NCBI GenBank assembly: GCA_046758365.1
Contig: JBHIAC010000009.1
Span: forward strand, 1-48,693
Source of the DNA: a bacterium
GTDB lineage: Bacteria > Zhuqueibacterota > Zhuqueibacteria > Oceanimicrobiales > Oceanimicrobiaceae
Length of the DNA stretch: 48,693 nucleotides
Direction of reading: 5' to 3'
The translations under genes and the position numbers were made by a program. The first letter of the stretch is position 1. The number at the start of each line of letters is the position of its first letter. A model generated the notes under the pieces. That model did no database searches. It had not been told where the DNA came from and saw only the letters and a list, made by a program, of their open reading frames with translations. Below are positions 9,799-20,195 of this stretch, piece after piece.

Positions 9799-10305
9799 AT
9801 GAGAAACATTATTATAAATTTAGTTGGAATAAGTTTAATTTCTTTTGTGATATTGGCATGGTCAGGAGCTTTATATTCTGATGAAACAGATATCGAAAAA
9901 CAGCAGGCTCTCCAAGCAGAACTAGAGCACAGTTTAGTAGCTCCGTGTTGTTGGAACATGACAGTAGATCAGCACGAATCCAGTGCTTCTCATGAAGTGC
10001 GTGATAAGATAAGTACTTTGATTAAACAGGGTAAAACCAAAAACGAGATTTTACAAGCGATGGTGGCACAATATGGGGAGCGCATTTTAGCCAGTCCATC
10101 ACAAAATACTATTTTAGGCAAGTTAGCTTATTGGCTAATCCCATTAGCCATAGTGTTAGGAATTATTGTAGTAGGAAAGACCATAAACCGATTGTCTAAT
10201 ACCAAGACGAAAAAGCCTGTCAAACAAGTTAGTCCCTTAAATCAAAAGGATAAATCTTCGTACTGGGACAAAAGAATAGAAGAGGAACTGAAAAAATTCG
10301 AATAA
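9799..10305 (+). CDS. ccmH: CcmH/NrfF-family cytochrome c biogenesis protein
   Basis: LVAPCCWNMTVDQHES, EILQAMVAQYGERILASP, C-terminal TM. Confidence 0.8.
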   Translation: MRNIIINLVGISLISFVILAWSGALYSDETDIEKQQALQAELEHSLVAPCCWNMTVDQHESSASHEVRDKISTLIKQGKTKNEILQAMVAQYGERILASPSQNTILGKLAYWLIPLAIVLGIIVVGKTINRLSNTKTKKPVKQVSPLNQKDKSSYWDKRIEEELKKFE

Positions 10306-10380
10306 TTAAATAAAACGATCACTATCTCAAATCATGGTCTTTCTGTGCAATAAAAAAAAATGTGTTTAAAAGTTTTTTAC

Positions 10381-10409
10381 TTGACATTTGCAATTGGTTT
10401 TATTATAAT
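10381..10409 (+). promoter_or_regulatory. Sigma70 promoter
   Basis: Perfect TTGACA-17 bp-TATAAT. Confidence 0.85.
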
Positions 10410-10489
10410 AGTCCGTTAAAATTAATTTATGACGTTGGTGGTTTGCACCTACATCATGTATGAAATTTTTAAAGAAGGGAGGCAGAGTG

Positions 10490-11278
10490 ATGAGAAAATT
10501 GAATCTTTTACTGTTTGGTTGTTTTGTCATACTCTGGATGGCCTGTGGAAAAGAAGCCACTGTTGACGAAGTGGTAACCATGATGGCCGATGCCAGCGGT
10601 GGTGCTGAAGCCTTGGCGGCTGTGCAGGATCAAGTCAGTACATGGGACTTTAAAATGATAATGATGCCCCCGGCCGCAAAGGAAGGCAAAGAAGCAATGG
10701 CTGGCGAAATGCCGGAAGTAATGCCAATGAAGATCACTTACAAAAGGCCCAACAAATTAAGAATGGATGTTTTGGGACCTGAGGGCACTCCTGTACATAT
10801 TTCTTGTTTCGATGGGACTTCTGGCTGGGCATCACAAATGGGACATGTTCAAAACATGACTGAAGCTGAAATCCAGGAAAATGAAAGCATGGCCGCAACC
10901 TGGATAGATGGTTTCATTCACTACAAGGAATTGGGGTTTACCTTAGCTAAGCTTCCTACGGAAACTGTTGACGGTGAAAAGTACATGGTCCTTCAAAGTA
11001 CTGATAAATATGGAAATGTTTCTAACCATTATATAAATCCCAAAACACATTACATCGAGAGAACTACAGGAGAAATGCTGAATATGGAAGGAGCTAAAGA
11101 GCAAATGACCATGACCTTTAAAGATTACAAAATGATGGATGGTATTGCAGTTGCAGGTGTTGTCGCTCAGTATAATTCAGCAGGTGAAATGATTTGGGAG
11201 GCCACATTAAAAGAATGTAAAAACAACACTGGTGTTGAAGATGCTGTTTTTATGCGGCCAGAAATTACAGCTAAATAA
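10490..11278 (+). CDS. Lipoprotein, LolA-like / outer-membrane lipoprotein-sorting fold
   Basis: Lipobox WMAC; GGAEALAAV, YKRPNKLRM, FDGTSGW, FKDYKMMDGI; Met-rich. Confidence 0.75.
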   Translation: MRKLNLLLFGCFVILWMACGKEATVDEVVTMMADASGGAEALAAVQDQVSTWDFKMIMMPPAAKEGKEAMAGEMPEVMPMKITYKRPNKLRMDVLGPEGTPVHISCFDGTSGWASQMGHVQNMTEAEIQENESMAATWIDGFIHYKELGFTLAKLPTETVDGEKYMVLQSTDKYGNVSNHYINPKTHYIERTTGEMLNMEGAKEQMTMTFKDYKMMDGIAVAGVVAQYNSAGEMIWEATLKECKNNTGVEDAVFMRPEITAK

Positions 11279-11307
11279 GTAGTTTAGAAATAATTAATTA
11301 GCACTTC

Positions 11308-11350
11308 AACGGCGATTAGAAAAGGTATTCTTTCTAATCGCCGTTTTTAT
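11308..11350 (+). terminator. Intrinsic terminator
   Basis: AACGGCGATTAGAAA/TTTCTAATCGCCGTT stem plus T tract. Confidence 0.9.
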
Positions 11351-11377
11351 ATAGATCTGGCTATGCCTTGAAATAAC

Positions 11378-11561
11378 CTAGCGCGGTATAGCCGCAATTC
11401 AATTAAAGCAATAGCCAGGAATTCCAACTAAAGCCAACGGATAGAAACAACCCAACGGATGGAAAAGCTAAAAAAATATCCGTTGGGTTTATTAATCCGT
11501 TGGAAGTATATTTTGGTAGTAATTTTTTTGCAAAAAAAAGATTTGATTAACACTACTATAG
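11378..11561. repeat. Nested direct/inverted repeat element
   Basis: CCAACGGAT at 11434 and 11452, mirrored by ATCCGTTGG at 11478 and 11495; GCGGTATAGCCGC hairpin at left end; outer boundaries approximate. Confidence 0.65.
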
Positions 11562-11685
11562 AAAAAGTTAACTTATTTCTTTCTATTTTTTCTTGACTTT
11601 TCAATGGTATAGTTATATTTTAATAATGATCAACAGCCTCGTTTTGCCAAATCGCATGGACACAATTTAATAAATATATATAAAC

Positions 11686-13155
11686 GTGTTAAATAATCGA
11701 AAAAATTCTGAAATAATTGTCACCGTAAATCGGGGTAAGGAAAACCAGCGTAAATATACCTTCTCAGATTCATTTAGAATCGGCCGCACGAATTCATGTG
11801 AAGTTAAAATACAAGACCCTGTGGTCAGTGCCCATCATGTCGAAATCTTGTTTGAAAGCGGCAAATGGTGGATTCATGACGTGCACAGCACAAATGGTAC
11901 ATTTTTAGACGGCGAATTAATCCATAAAGTCCTACTCAAAGATAGAGCCACCATTCAACTGGGTAAAGGGGGACCGGTTGTTTCCCTAAAATTGAAAGAA
12001 GATAATTTCTTAGAAAAGGGCCTTGACAAAAAAACTTTTCTTGGCACAATAATCCAATCTGTCCCTGCCTCTACACAGATATTGCAACACTATTTCTCTA
12101 AATCTGCTACAAGAAGTGTGGGGCAGTATACTTTAAATCTGCGGAATGCCTTGAATCAAGCTGTAAAGAAAAGATCTAAGAAATTTCTTCTTTTACTTTT
12201 GGTTGTGAGTATAATTGCTTCTGGGGCTTTAACAATTGTGTGGCTTCAGCATAAACGATTAGCCGAACTGGAGCCGCTGGGGTCAGAGATATTTTACTCT
12301 ATGAAAGCTCTTGAGCTTCAAATAGCAGGACTGATTGAAACATTATCAAATTCTCCCAACCAAGAAATTGCTCAAAAAATCAAAGCCATGCAACTGAAGT
12401 ACCAGCAAATGCAAAAAGAGTATGACCGTTTTGTTCAGGAATTAGGGGTTTATGACGAAACAGTAAATGAGAAGGAGCGAATCATTTTGCGAATTGCTCG
12501 GATATTCGGTGAATGCGAACTCAATGCTCCTGCAGATTTTGTGGATGAGGTTAATAAATATATAAAAAAATGGAAATCTACCACACGATTGCAAAAGGCT
12601 ATTGGACGCAGCATTGCTTACGGTTATAACAAAGCTATCGCACAAGAATTGTTAGCAAATCATCTACCACCGCAATATTTTTTTGTAGCCCTTCAGGAAA
12701 GCGAATTTGATGTGAATCGTTGTGGTCCCAAAACACGTTACGGAATCGCTAAAGGGATGTGGCAGTTTATACCGAGAACGGCTGTCGCTTATGGTTTAAA
12801 AATAGGCCCACTAAGGCGACTTCGACATGTAGATCCTAGAGATGAGAGGCACAATTTTGTGAAATCCACCAACGCGGCCGCCAGATTTATTCGCGATTTA
12901 TACAACACAAAAGCACAAGGTTCTGGATTGTTAGTATTGGCTTCTTACAACTGGGGAATTGGAAATTTGCAAGAGGTTATTGACAAAATGCCGCCAAATC
13001 CGAAAGAAAGAAATTTTTGGTTGCTAGTGAAAAACTATAAAATTCCGAAGGAAACCTATGACTTTGTATTTTATGTGGTTTCGGCCGCCGTCATTGGTGA
13101 AAATCCTGCTTTGTTTGGATTTAATTTTAAGAATCCACTGGCCATGGAGAGCTGA
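11686..13155 (+). CDS. FHA domain - TM - coiled coil - SLT lytic transglycosylase
   Basis: FHA motifs IGR, VSAHH, STNGTF; TM FLLLLLVVSIIASGALTIVWL; SLT motifs ALQESEF, GMWQF, SYNWG. Confidence 0.9.
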   Translation: MLNNRKNSEIIVTVNRGKENQRKYTFSDSFRIGRTNSCEVKIQDPVVSAHHVEILFESGKWWIHDVHSTNGTFLDGELIHKVLLKDRATIQLGKGGPVVSLKLKEDNFLEKGLDKKTFLGTIIQSVPASTQILQHYFSKSATRSVGQYTLNLRNALNQAVKKRSKKFLLLLLVVSIIASGALTIVWLQHKRLAELEPLGSEIFYSMKALELQIAGLIETLSNSPNQEIAQKIKAMQLKYQQMQKEYDRFVQELGVYDETVNEKERIILRIARIFGECELNAPADFVDEVNKYIKKWKSTTRLQKAIGRSIAYGYNKAIAQELLANHLPPQYFFVALQESEFDVNRCGPKTRYGIAKGMWQFIPRTAVAYGLKIGPLRRLRHVDPRDERHNFVKSTNAAARFIRDLYNTKAQGSGLLVLASYNWGIGNLQEVIDKMPPNPKERNFWLLVKNYKIPKETYDFVFYVVSAAVIGENPALFGFNFKNPLAMES

Positions 13156-13234
13156 ATTAATGATGTAGAATTCTAAGTAACCAATTAAATTACTTTTAAT
13201 TTGTAGAGTAAATATTATTAAAGGAGAAACTTCC

Positions 13235-14854
13235 ATGAGCCACGCTGATTATACAGGCAAGTACAATCTTGAATTTCATGGGATTAAAAATGTCAATAAC
13301 GCCTACTGGAATTTTTCAACACCTACTCTTTATGAACACGCTATAAAACGCCAGGAAGGACTTTTTGCTCATTCAGGTCCCTTGGTGGTACGGACAGGAG
13401 ATCACACCGGTCGCTCTCCAAATGATAAATTCATCGTTCAGGAGCCTTCAAGCAAAAAAAATATCTGGTGGGGAAAAGTCAACCGCCCTTTTGACCCGCA
13501 AAAGTTTGATAATCTACATCGAAGAATCTTAGCCTATCTTAAAGGAAAAGATATTTTTATTCAGGACTGTTTGGCCGGGGCCGATCCTGAATATCAAATT
13601 TCGGTTCGTGTAATCACAGAAACTGCATGGCATAATATTTTTGTCAGAAATTTGTTTATTCAAACGCCCCATGAAAAATTAAAGTCCGTAAGGCCTGATT
13701 TTACTATTATAAACGTACCGCAATTTCATGCGGCACCGGAATTGGATGGAACCAATTCTGAAGTATTTATCATCGTAAACTTTGGAAAAAAGTTAATTCT
13801 AATTGGTGGCACTGGTTATGCTGGAGAAATTAAAAAGTCTATTTTTACTATCATGAATTACTTGCTGCCGCTGGGTACCCAAGGGAAAGGCAAAAAGGTA
13901 CTTTCTATGCACTGCTCTGCCAATATAGGAGACCAAGGGGATGTCGCTATCTTTTTTGGGCTTTCTGGTACGGGTAAAACATCTCTCTCAGCCGACCCCC
14001 CTCGCGGACTTATTGGAGACGACGAACATGGCTGGAGTGATAAGGGTGTTTTTAATTTTGAAGGCGGTTGTTATGCCAAAGTTATTCGACTTTCCGAAAA
14101 AGCCGAACCAGATATATACGAATGTACAAGAAAATTCGGCACCGTTTTAGAGAACGTAGTTATTGATGTCCACACCCGACGGCTTGACCTTGATGATGCT
14201 TCTTTAACAGAAAACACGCGCGCTGCTTACCCGATTTCTCACATTAGAAATGCAGTAATTCCTGGTGTGGCCGGTCACCCGAAAAATATTATTATGTTGA
14301 CCGCCGATGCATTTGGAGTTATGCCCCCCATTACTAAACTCACCCAGGAACAGGCTCTGTTCCATTTCCTTTCCGGTTACACCGCCAAGGTAGCCGGCAC
14401 TGAAAAAGGGTTGAGCAACGAACCCCAGGCAACGTTTAGCACCTGTTTTGGTGCACCCTTTATGGCCCTTCCTCCAACAGTTTATTCAAAATTGTTAGGA
14501 GAAAAAATGACAAAGCACAATGTGAACTGCTGGTTGGTGAACACCGGTTGGAGCGGCGGTCCTTATGGGGTAGGCAGTCGGATGAAAATTGCCTATACTC
14601 GAGCTATGGTAACCGCTGCCTTGAATGGCTCTTTAACTAACATAACTACTGAAGAAGATCCTATTTTTGGTCTGCACATCCCCATTTCTTGTCCTAATGT
14701 TCCTACAGAAGTTTTAAAACCCAGAAACACTTGGCAAGATAAAGCTTCCTATGACGACCATGCCAAAAAGCTGGCTGCAATGTTCAAAAAGAACTTCGAG
14801 CAGTTTGAGGAGTATGTGACAGAGGGGGTTAAGAGGGTAAGCCCGAAATGTTAG
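13235..14854 (+). CDS. pckA: Phosphoenolpyruvate carboxykinase (ATP)
   Basis: TGRSPNDKF, GLSGTGKT, LIGDDEHGW, NFEGGCYAK, LVNTGW. Confidence 0.98.
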   Translation: MSHADYTGKYNLEFHGIKNVNNAYWNFSTPTLYEHAIKRQEGLFAHSGPLVVRTGDHTGRSPNDKFIVQEPSSKKNIWWGKVNRPFDPQKFDNLHRRILAYLKGKDIFIQDCLAGADPEYQISVRVITETAWHNIFVRNLFIQTPHEKLKSVRPDFTIINVPQFHAAPELDGTNSEVFIIVNFGKKLILIGGTGYAGEIKKSIFTIMNYLLPLGTQGKGKKVLSMHCSANIGDQGDVAIFFGLSGTGKTSLSADPPRGLIGDDEHGWSDKGVFNFEGGCYAKVIRLSEKAEPDIYECTRKFGTVLENVVIDVHTRRLDLDDASLTENTRAAYPISHIRNAVIPGVAGHPKNIIMLTADAFGVMPPITKLTQEQALFHFLSGYTAKVAGTEKGLSNEPQATFSTCFGAPFMALPPTVYSKLLGEKMTKHNVNCWLVNTGWSGGPYGVGSRMKIAYTRAMVTAALNGSLTNITTEEDPIFGLHIPISCPNVPTEVLKPRNTWQDKASYDDHAKKLAAMFKKNFEQFEEYVTEGVKRVSPKC

Positions 14855-15000
14855 CCATAGATTTAACGTATTCATTTCTCTAATTGAGGTAGGAAGTAAT
14901 TTAAAATTATTGCATCATATTCACCACTTGAGACCATTACTACTTTGTAGCTCAATTGTTTAAGAAGCTGATTTAACTGTCCTATAGGCGATGTGTAAGA

Positions 15001-17412
15001 TTAATTATTGAATTTTAAAGGACGCTTTTTCCATTTTTTATCAAGCTCTTTCCGTACAGCCGTGGCTAAGGTTTTCAGTGTGAGCGGTTTGGAAATAAAA
15101 GATCCTGCTCCTAATCGAAGTGCATCTTGCACTCGTGGAGACATGGCATAACCTGAGAACAGTATAGCTTTTTGTTCTGGTTGGTTTTCTAAAATTTGTC
15201 GATACGTCTCAGCTCCATCGATACCATCCATCACCATATCTAAAAGCAACAAATCCTGAGGGTACATTTTTACATATTTTACAGCTTGTTCTCCACTTGA
15301 CACGGTGTGGACTTTATAACCTAAACGTTTGAGGAGCTGACCAGCAACTCTTCGCTGGACAGGATCATCATCAATTATTAAAATCTTTTCTTGACCTCCT
15401 TTTGTTTTTTTAACCACTTCTGCTGCCTGGATTTCAATTTCTCTAGTAACTGGGAAATAAAGAGTAAATGTGGTCCCTTGGCCTAGGGTGCTATCCACAG
15501 TTATGTATCCTTTATGGTCTTCTATAATACCATGAATTACACTCAACCCAAGACCCGAGCCTCGCAACCGGTCCATTTTTTTTGTGGTGAAAAATGGATC
15601 AAATATTTTGTCCAGTATTTCAGGCTCAATACCTATACCTGTGTCTGAAACTTTAAGTACAACGTACTCCCCCCGCTTAATGGTCTGATAGCCCCTAAGA
15701 GGATTATCCAAATACACATTTTCTGTTTTGATGGTCAGAACCCCAATGCCTTGCATGGCTTCTTTTGCATTGATAATCAGATTTGTCAAGGCCCGGCTAA
15801 GTTGGGCAGCTCCGCCTTTTATCAGAAACAAATCTGAGGAAAGTTCCTCATGCACTATTATCTCCTTAGGCAAAGGCTGAGACAAAACTACCTTCTGGGC
15901 TAAATCATTTAAATCAATAGGTTCCATGCTGTAGTGGCCACGTCTTCCTAAAGCTAAAAGCTGTTGGTTAATTTCGGCGATTTTATTAGCAGCCGATTCC
16001 ATTTCATCAACCATTTCTAATATGGAATAATTTTCCGGTAGTTCTTCGCGAATTAAAGTGGGATAGGCGGTGAGAGGTGCCAAAAGATTATTAAAATCAT
16101 GGGCAATTTGGCCAGCGACTCGACCGGCAGATTCTAAACGTTGGGCACGGGCTAATTCTTCTTGTAAACGTTTGTATTCTGTGATGTTTATATACATGCA
16201 AATGAATTCTTTATTCCCTTCTGTGGAAACAATAGGGAATAAAGTAGAATATACGGTTCCCTTGGTTCCATTCTTGTGAGTAAAGTCCCATTCTTTGGGA
16301 CCAAATGGTCTCTTTGTTTTGTTGGCATCCTTAAGAGTGGAATAAAAATCATAAGTAGAGTCTTTGTCAAAAATTAATTTATCTATGTTTTTGCCTAAGG
16401 CCTCATCCTGTGTCCAGCCAAATATATTTTCCGCCGCTTTGTTCCAAGACAATATTCGACCGTTTAAATCATAACTTTGAACTGCAACATTAGGAGTATT
16501 ATTGATAATTGCACTTAATCTTTCTTCACTTTCTCGCAGTGCTTTTTCCATTTGCTTTCGTTCGGTGATGTCCTCAATCATTCCCAGACCATAGAGGGGC
16601 TTCCCGTACTCATCACGAATGATAGAGGCAGTGAGAGTACCCCAGAGAATCTCTTTGTTCTTTTTAATGTAACGCTTCTCAATTTTGTAGTACGGTATTT
16701 CGCCACGGAACAGCCGCTCCGCAAAATGGACATCCTTTTTATTTTCTTCTGGATGGGTAATATCAAGAAAAGTGAGGGCGATAAGTTCTTGCTCAGTGTA
16801 TCCCAGCATCTTGCACAGCACCGTGTTCACTTTGACGAGCCGATAATGCGAGTTAACAATGGCCATACCGAGCGGCCCTTCCTCAAAAATCTTTCGAAAT
16901 CGCTCTTCACTCTCTCGTAACGCCTCTTCTGCCCGCTTTTGCTCGGTAATGTCTATGTGAATTCCAATCGATCCAATCACCTTCCCGTTATCATCAAGGA
17001 CTGGGGTGCCGCTGACTCGTACCAAAATAGTGTCCCCCGATTTTTTCTTCATTTGAATTTCATATCGATCGGAAATCTTTTGCCGACGCAGACGAATTTT
17101 GCCATTCATGAAAATTTGATTCTCTTTGCTTAATAACAACTTGTGTGCAACCTTGCCAAAAAGTTCATCGCGAGAATAACCAGATAATTCGCAAAATCGG
17201 TCATTGACAAATTTAATAACATCGTCATTGTCTACTTCTAGTATTCCCTCGTTAAACCTTTCGATGAGTGTCCGGTACTTTTGTTCGCCTTCTTGAATTC
17301 CAAAGTTTGAAGCCTTAGGTTTAGTCATTGCTTCATTTAACTCAACAACCTGCTTACGTAAAGCCTGTAATTCTTTAATGAGTTGGTCTTTGGATTTGTC
17401 TTGGTCTCCCAT
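15001..17412 (-). CDS. Hybrid sensor histidine kinase (3 PAS, HisKA, HATPase, REC)
   Basis: PAS-ending DITE/NITE motifs, IAHDFNNLL, DTGIGI, FDPFFTTK, GLGL, LLLDMVM. Confidence 0.95.
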   Translation of the reverse strand: MGDQDKSKDQLIKELQALRKQVVELNEAMTKPKASNFGIQEGEQKYRTLIERFNEGILEVDNDDVIKFVNDRFCELSGYSRDELFGKVAHKLLLSKENQIFMNGKIRLRRQKISDRYEIQMKKKSGDTILVRVSGTPVLDDNGKVIGSIGIHIDITEQKRAEEALRESEERFRKIFEEGPLGMAIVNSHYRLVKVNTVLCKMLGYTEQELIALTFLDITHPEENKKDVHFAERLFRGEIPYYKIEKRYIKKNKEILWGTLTASIIRDEYGKPLYGLGMIEDITERKQMEKALRESEERLSAIINNTPNVAVQSYDLNGRILSWNKAAENIFGWTQDEALGKNIDKLIFDKDSTYDFYSTLKDANKTKRPFGPKEWDFTHKNGTKGTVYSTLFPIVSTEGNKEFICMYINITEYKRLQEELARAQRLESAGRVAGQIAHDFNNLLAPLTAYPTLIREELPENYSILEMVDEMESAANKIAEINQQLLALGRRGHYSMEPIDLNDLAQKVVLSQPLPKEIIVHEELSSDLFLIKGGAAQLSRALTNLIINAKEAMQGIGVLTIKTENVYLDNPLRGYQTIKRGEYVVLKVSDTGIGIEPEILDKIFDPFFTTKKMDRLRGSGLGLSVIHGIIEDHKGYITVDSTLGQGTTFTLYFPVTREIEIQAAEVVKKTKGGQEKILIIDDDPVQRRVAGQLLKRLGYKVHTVSSGEQAVKYVKMYPQDLLLLDMVMDGIDGAETYRQILENQPEQKAILFSGYAMSPRVQDALRLGAGSFISKPLTLKTLATAVRKELDKKWKKRPLKFNN

Positions 17413-17800
17413 TTCGGCCTCCTAAAATAGGCTGAAATTTACTTGAAGTAATTAACTAATAACCCAAATAATAAACCGGTTTGTGGTTTTTGTTGACCTG
17501 AAAAGACTTATTTTTTAATTAATTCGAATTGTTAAGTTTAAAAAGTCGAATGATTTAGGAATTGAATATAGCTGGAAAGTTAATATAAAGAATTAAGAAG
17601 GCTAAATCAAGATAAAATTTATATATTTCGCAATATTTTGCATTTTTATGAATTATATTAGCAAATGCATACGTAATAATTAAAATTGGATCTTCCGATA
17701 ATTATGTTTCCAAAAGAAATTAACAGAGTTCTTACTAGGACTTATCTCGTCTTCGGTTTTTAGATAAGTATCTGTATTCCTTACCAAATTTTGCAGCTAA

Positions 17801-19228
17801 TCAAAACAAAAGTCGCCACACTTGAGTAACCAAAAAGCAAAGTATCAGTCCCAAAGCGATTGGTAGTAGGGCAGAAACGGCCGTCCACTTTTTGCTTCCT
17901 GTTTCTTTATAAATTGTATAAAGCGTTGTGGAACAAGGATTATGAACCAGACTAAACAACATCAAATTGAACGCTGTTAACAAAGTCCATCCACCGGCTT
18001 TGAAAACTTCCATATATGCCGCAAAATCGTCAAGTTCAAACATCACTCCCGCGCCTTCACCAATGCCAGAGAGCTTTGCACTTAGTACGGTTAACATGAG
18101 AATTGTGGGAATAACAATTTCATTGGCTGGAATAGCAATAATATATGCCAAAAGGATGGTACCGTTCAAACCAATAAACAAACCAAACGGATTGAAGAAA
18201 TTCATGATATGTTCGGCCAGGCTGATGTCTACGATTCTAATGTTAGACAAAAGCCAGATGAGTGCGCCCGCGGGGACAGCAAATACTACTGCTCGCCAGA
18301 GTACGAATATCGTCCGGTCGATTAAAGACGTGTACAGGGTTTGTAAAATACGTGGCGGTCGATAGGGTGGAAGCTCAAGGCTGAATGACGAAGCTTCGCC
18401 TTTAAGTAAAGTGTGAGATAAAAACCATGAAGTTGTAAAAGTTAAGAATACCCCTAAAAGTGCGATGCCGACCACAGCAGAAGCCGATACCAAACCGGCC
18501 AGTCCAGCCGGGGCTAAGGATCCAATGAATAAAGTGGCTATTAGAATTTGAGTCGGCCAGCGACCGTTGCACAAGGAAAAATTATTAGTAATTATGGCAA
18601 TAAGTCGCTCGCGGGGACTATCAATTATTCGAGTCGTAATAATACCGGCCGCGTTACACCCATATCCCATCGTCATAGAAAGGGCTTGCTTGCCGTGCGC
18701 CCCGGCTTTTCTGAAAAGACTATCGAGGTTAAAGGCTACACGCGGTAGATAGCCAAAATCTTCCAGAAGTGTGAACAATGGGAAAAAGATTGCCATGGGT
18801 GGTAACATGACACTAACTACCCAAGCCATTGATAAATATATCCCATCAATCAATACACCGTCCAGCCACCACGGGAAACCGATACTTGCCGTGATATTTT
18901 TCAGAGCTGGATGGATAGTATCTAAAAGTAAGGCTGCCATCATACCGGATGGAATATTAGCGCCAGCAATAGTAATCCAAAAAACGGCTGTTAACAGTGA
19001 AAGCATGATTGGGAAACCAGTCCAACGACTGGTTAGAAGCCTATCCAAAGTCCGATCCCATTCGAATCGGGGTTTCTCACCAACCTTTGTCACTACCCGT
19101 TCGGCGATTTGGGCTGCATCTTGGTAGATGGCTTCAATTAAAGAATCGTGGAAATTATCTCTTACTTCCCAGCGTAAAGAACTAGCTTTCGCGAGAATTG
19201 CTTCATTCGAATCATTTGATTTAACCAT
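17801..19228 (-). CDS. feoB: FeoB membrane (gate) domain as a separate polypeptide
   Basis: [40 protein letters not shown]. Confidence 0.9.
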   Translation of the reverse strand: MVKSNDSNEAILAKASSLRWEVRDNFHDSLIEAIYQDAAQIAERVVTKVGEKPRFEWDRTLDRLLTSRWTGFPIMLSLLTAVFWITIAGANIPSGMMAALLLDTIHPALKNITASIGFPWWLDGVLIDGIYLSMAWVVSVMLPPMAIFFPLFTLLEDFGYLPRVAFNLDSLFRKAGAHGKQALSMTMGYGCNAAGIITTRIIDSPRERLIAIITNNFSLCNGRWPTQILIATLFIGSLAPAGLAGLVSASAVVGIALLGVFLTFTTSWFLSHTLLKGEASSFSLELPPYRPPRILQTLYTSLIDRTIFVLWRAVVFAVPAGALIWLLSNIRIVDISLAEHIMNFFNPFGLFIGLNGTILLAYIIAIPANEIVIPTILMLTVLSAKLSGIGEGAGVMFELDDFAAYMEVFKAGGWTLLTAFNLMLFSLVHNPCSTTLYTIYKETGSKKWTAVSALLPIALGLILCFLVTQVWRLLF

Positions 19229-19249
19229 AAATACTACACCTTGTAATTG

Positions 19250-19371
19250 ATAGTTCAGCTAATCGTTCTTAGATATTCAAACCACCCATCATCTCCGCTT
19301 AGGGTGAACTTCGTTGCCCTGCTGAGTGGGGTTGATGCATTTTAAATTAATTATCATAGTGGCTGAACTAT
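19250..19371. repeat. IR-bounded element with internal hairpin between the feoB halves
   Basis: ATAGTTCAGC (19250) / GCTGAACTAT (19362); internal GU-rich hairpin on the + strand. Confidence 0.55.
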
Positions 19372-19381
19372 TCCCCATCCT

Positions 19382-20194
19382 TTAAACCGCGGCAGCGACG
19401 GTATCTAATTTTTCTTCAGTTCGACTGAGTTTGTCTAATTCTCCTATACGAACAGCCTCAATTATACGGGGGTCTCCTTCAAGAAGTCGTAAGGCGATCC
19501 ATCGGGCATTCGTTATACTCGGGAATCTTGCTTCAATATTTTCAGCAAGTTGGTCTATGGCGCGTTTCAGGTCTTTTGAACCACTCTGAATCCGATGAGG
19601 TTTGCATACAAACCTTCCTGTTGCAACTTCGCTTATGGTTTTCAGGAGATCTTGGATGCCAATTCTTTGACGTGCAATTGTCGGTACCACTGGCACGCCT
19701 AGTTGTTTGGCTAATAGCCGATCGTTAATCTCAAATTTATGTCGTTTAGCTTCATCTATTAAATTCAGACAAACAACAGTGCGATCGGTAATCTCAAGAA
19801 TCTGCAGAACCAGGTTTAGATTACGTTCCAAGCGAGTAGCATCAACAACGATGACGGTAACGTCCGGTTTGCCAAACAAGATAAAGTTACGGGCCACTTC
19901 TTCATCTGGGCTGGCTGAAAGCAGAGAATAGGTACCCGGGAGATCTACTATTTTGTAGCGCTTTTCACCATAAAAATATCCGCCTTCAGCTCTGGTGACG
20001 GTTTTACCCGGCCAGTTTCCTGTATGTTGACGCAACCCTGTCAGGCTATTAAACACGGTGCTTTTGCCGGTGTTCGGATTGCCAGCAAGTGCCAGCACAT
20101 AGTCCCAGGATTGCATGCTTACACCAAGTTTAATTAAATTTTCAACCTGGTGTGCTGGACAGGTTTCGCAACTGCTTATATTAGGGGTAGCCAT
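19382..20194 (-). CDS. feoB: FeoB N-terminal GTPase domain protein
   Basis: G1 [27 protein letters not shown]-terminal CETCPAH. Confidence 0.92.
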   Translation of the reverse strand: MATPNISSCETCPAHQVENLIKLGVSMQSWDYVLALAGNPNTGKSTVFNSLTGLRQHTGNWPGKTVTRAEGGYFYGEKRYKIVDLPGTYSLLSASPDEEVARNFILFGKPDVTVIVVDATRLERNLNLVLQILEITDRTVVCLNLIDEAKRHKFEINDRLLAKQLGVPVVPTIARQRIGIQDLLKTISEVATGRFVCKPHRIQSGSKDLKRAIDQLAENIEARFPSITNARWIALRLLEGDPRIIEAVRIGELDKLSRTEEKLDTVAAAV

Positions 20195-20195
20195 T

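Noticed and set aside
11434..11503. CRISPR array
   Set aside because: Repeats are only 9 bp, half are inverted, spacers are too short, and there are no cas genes.
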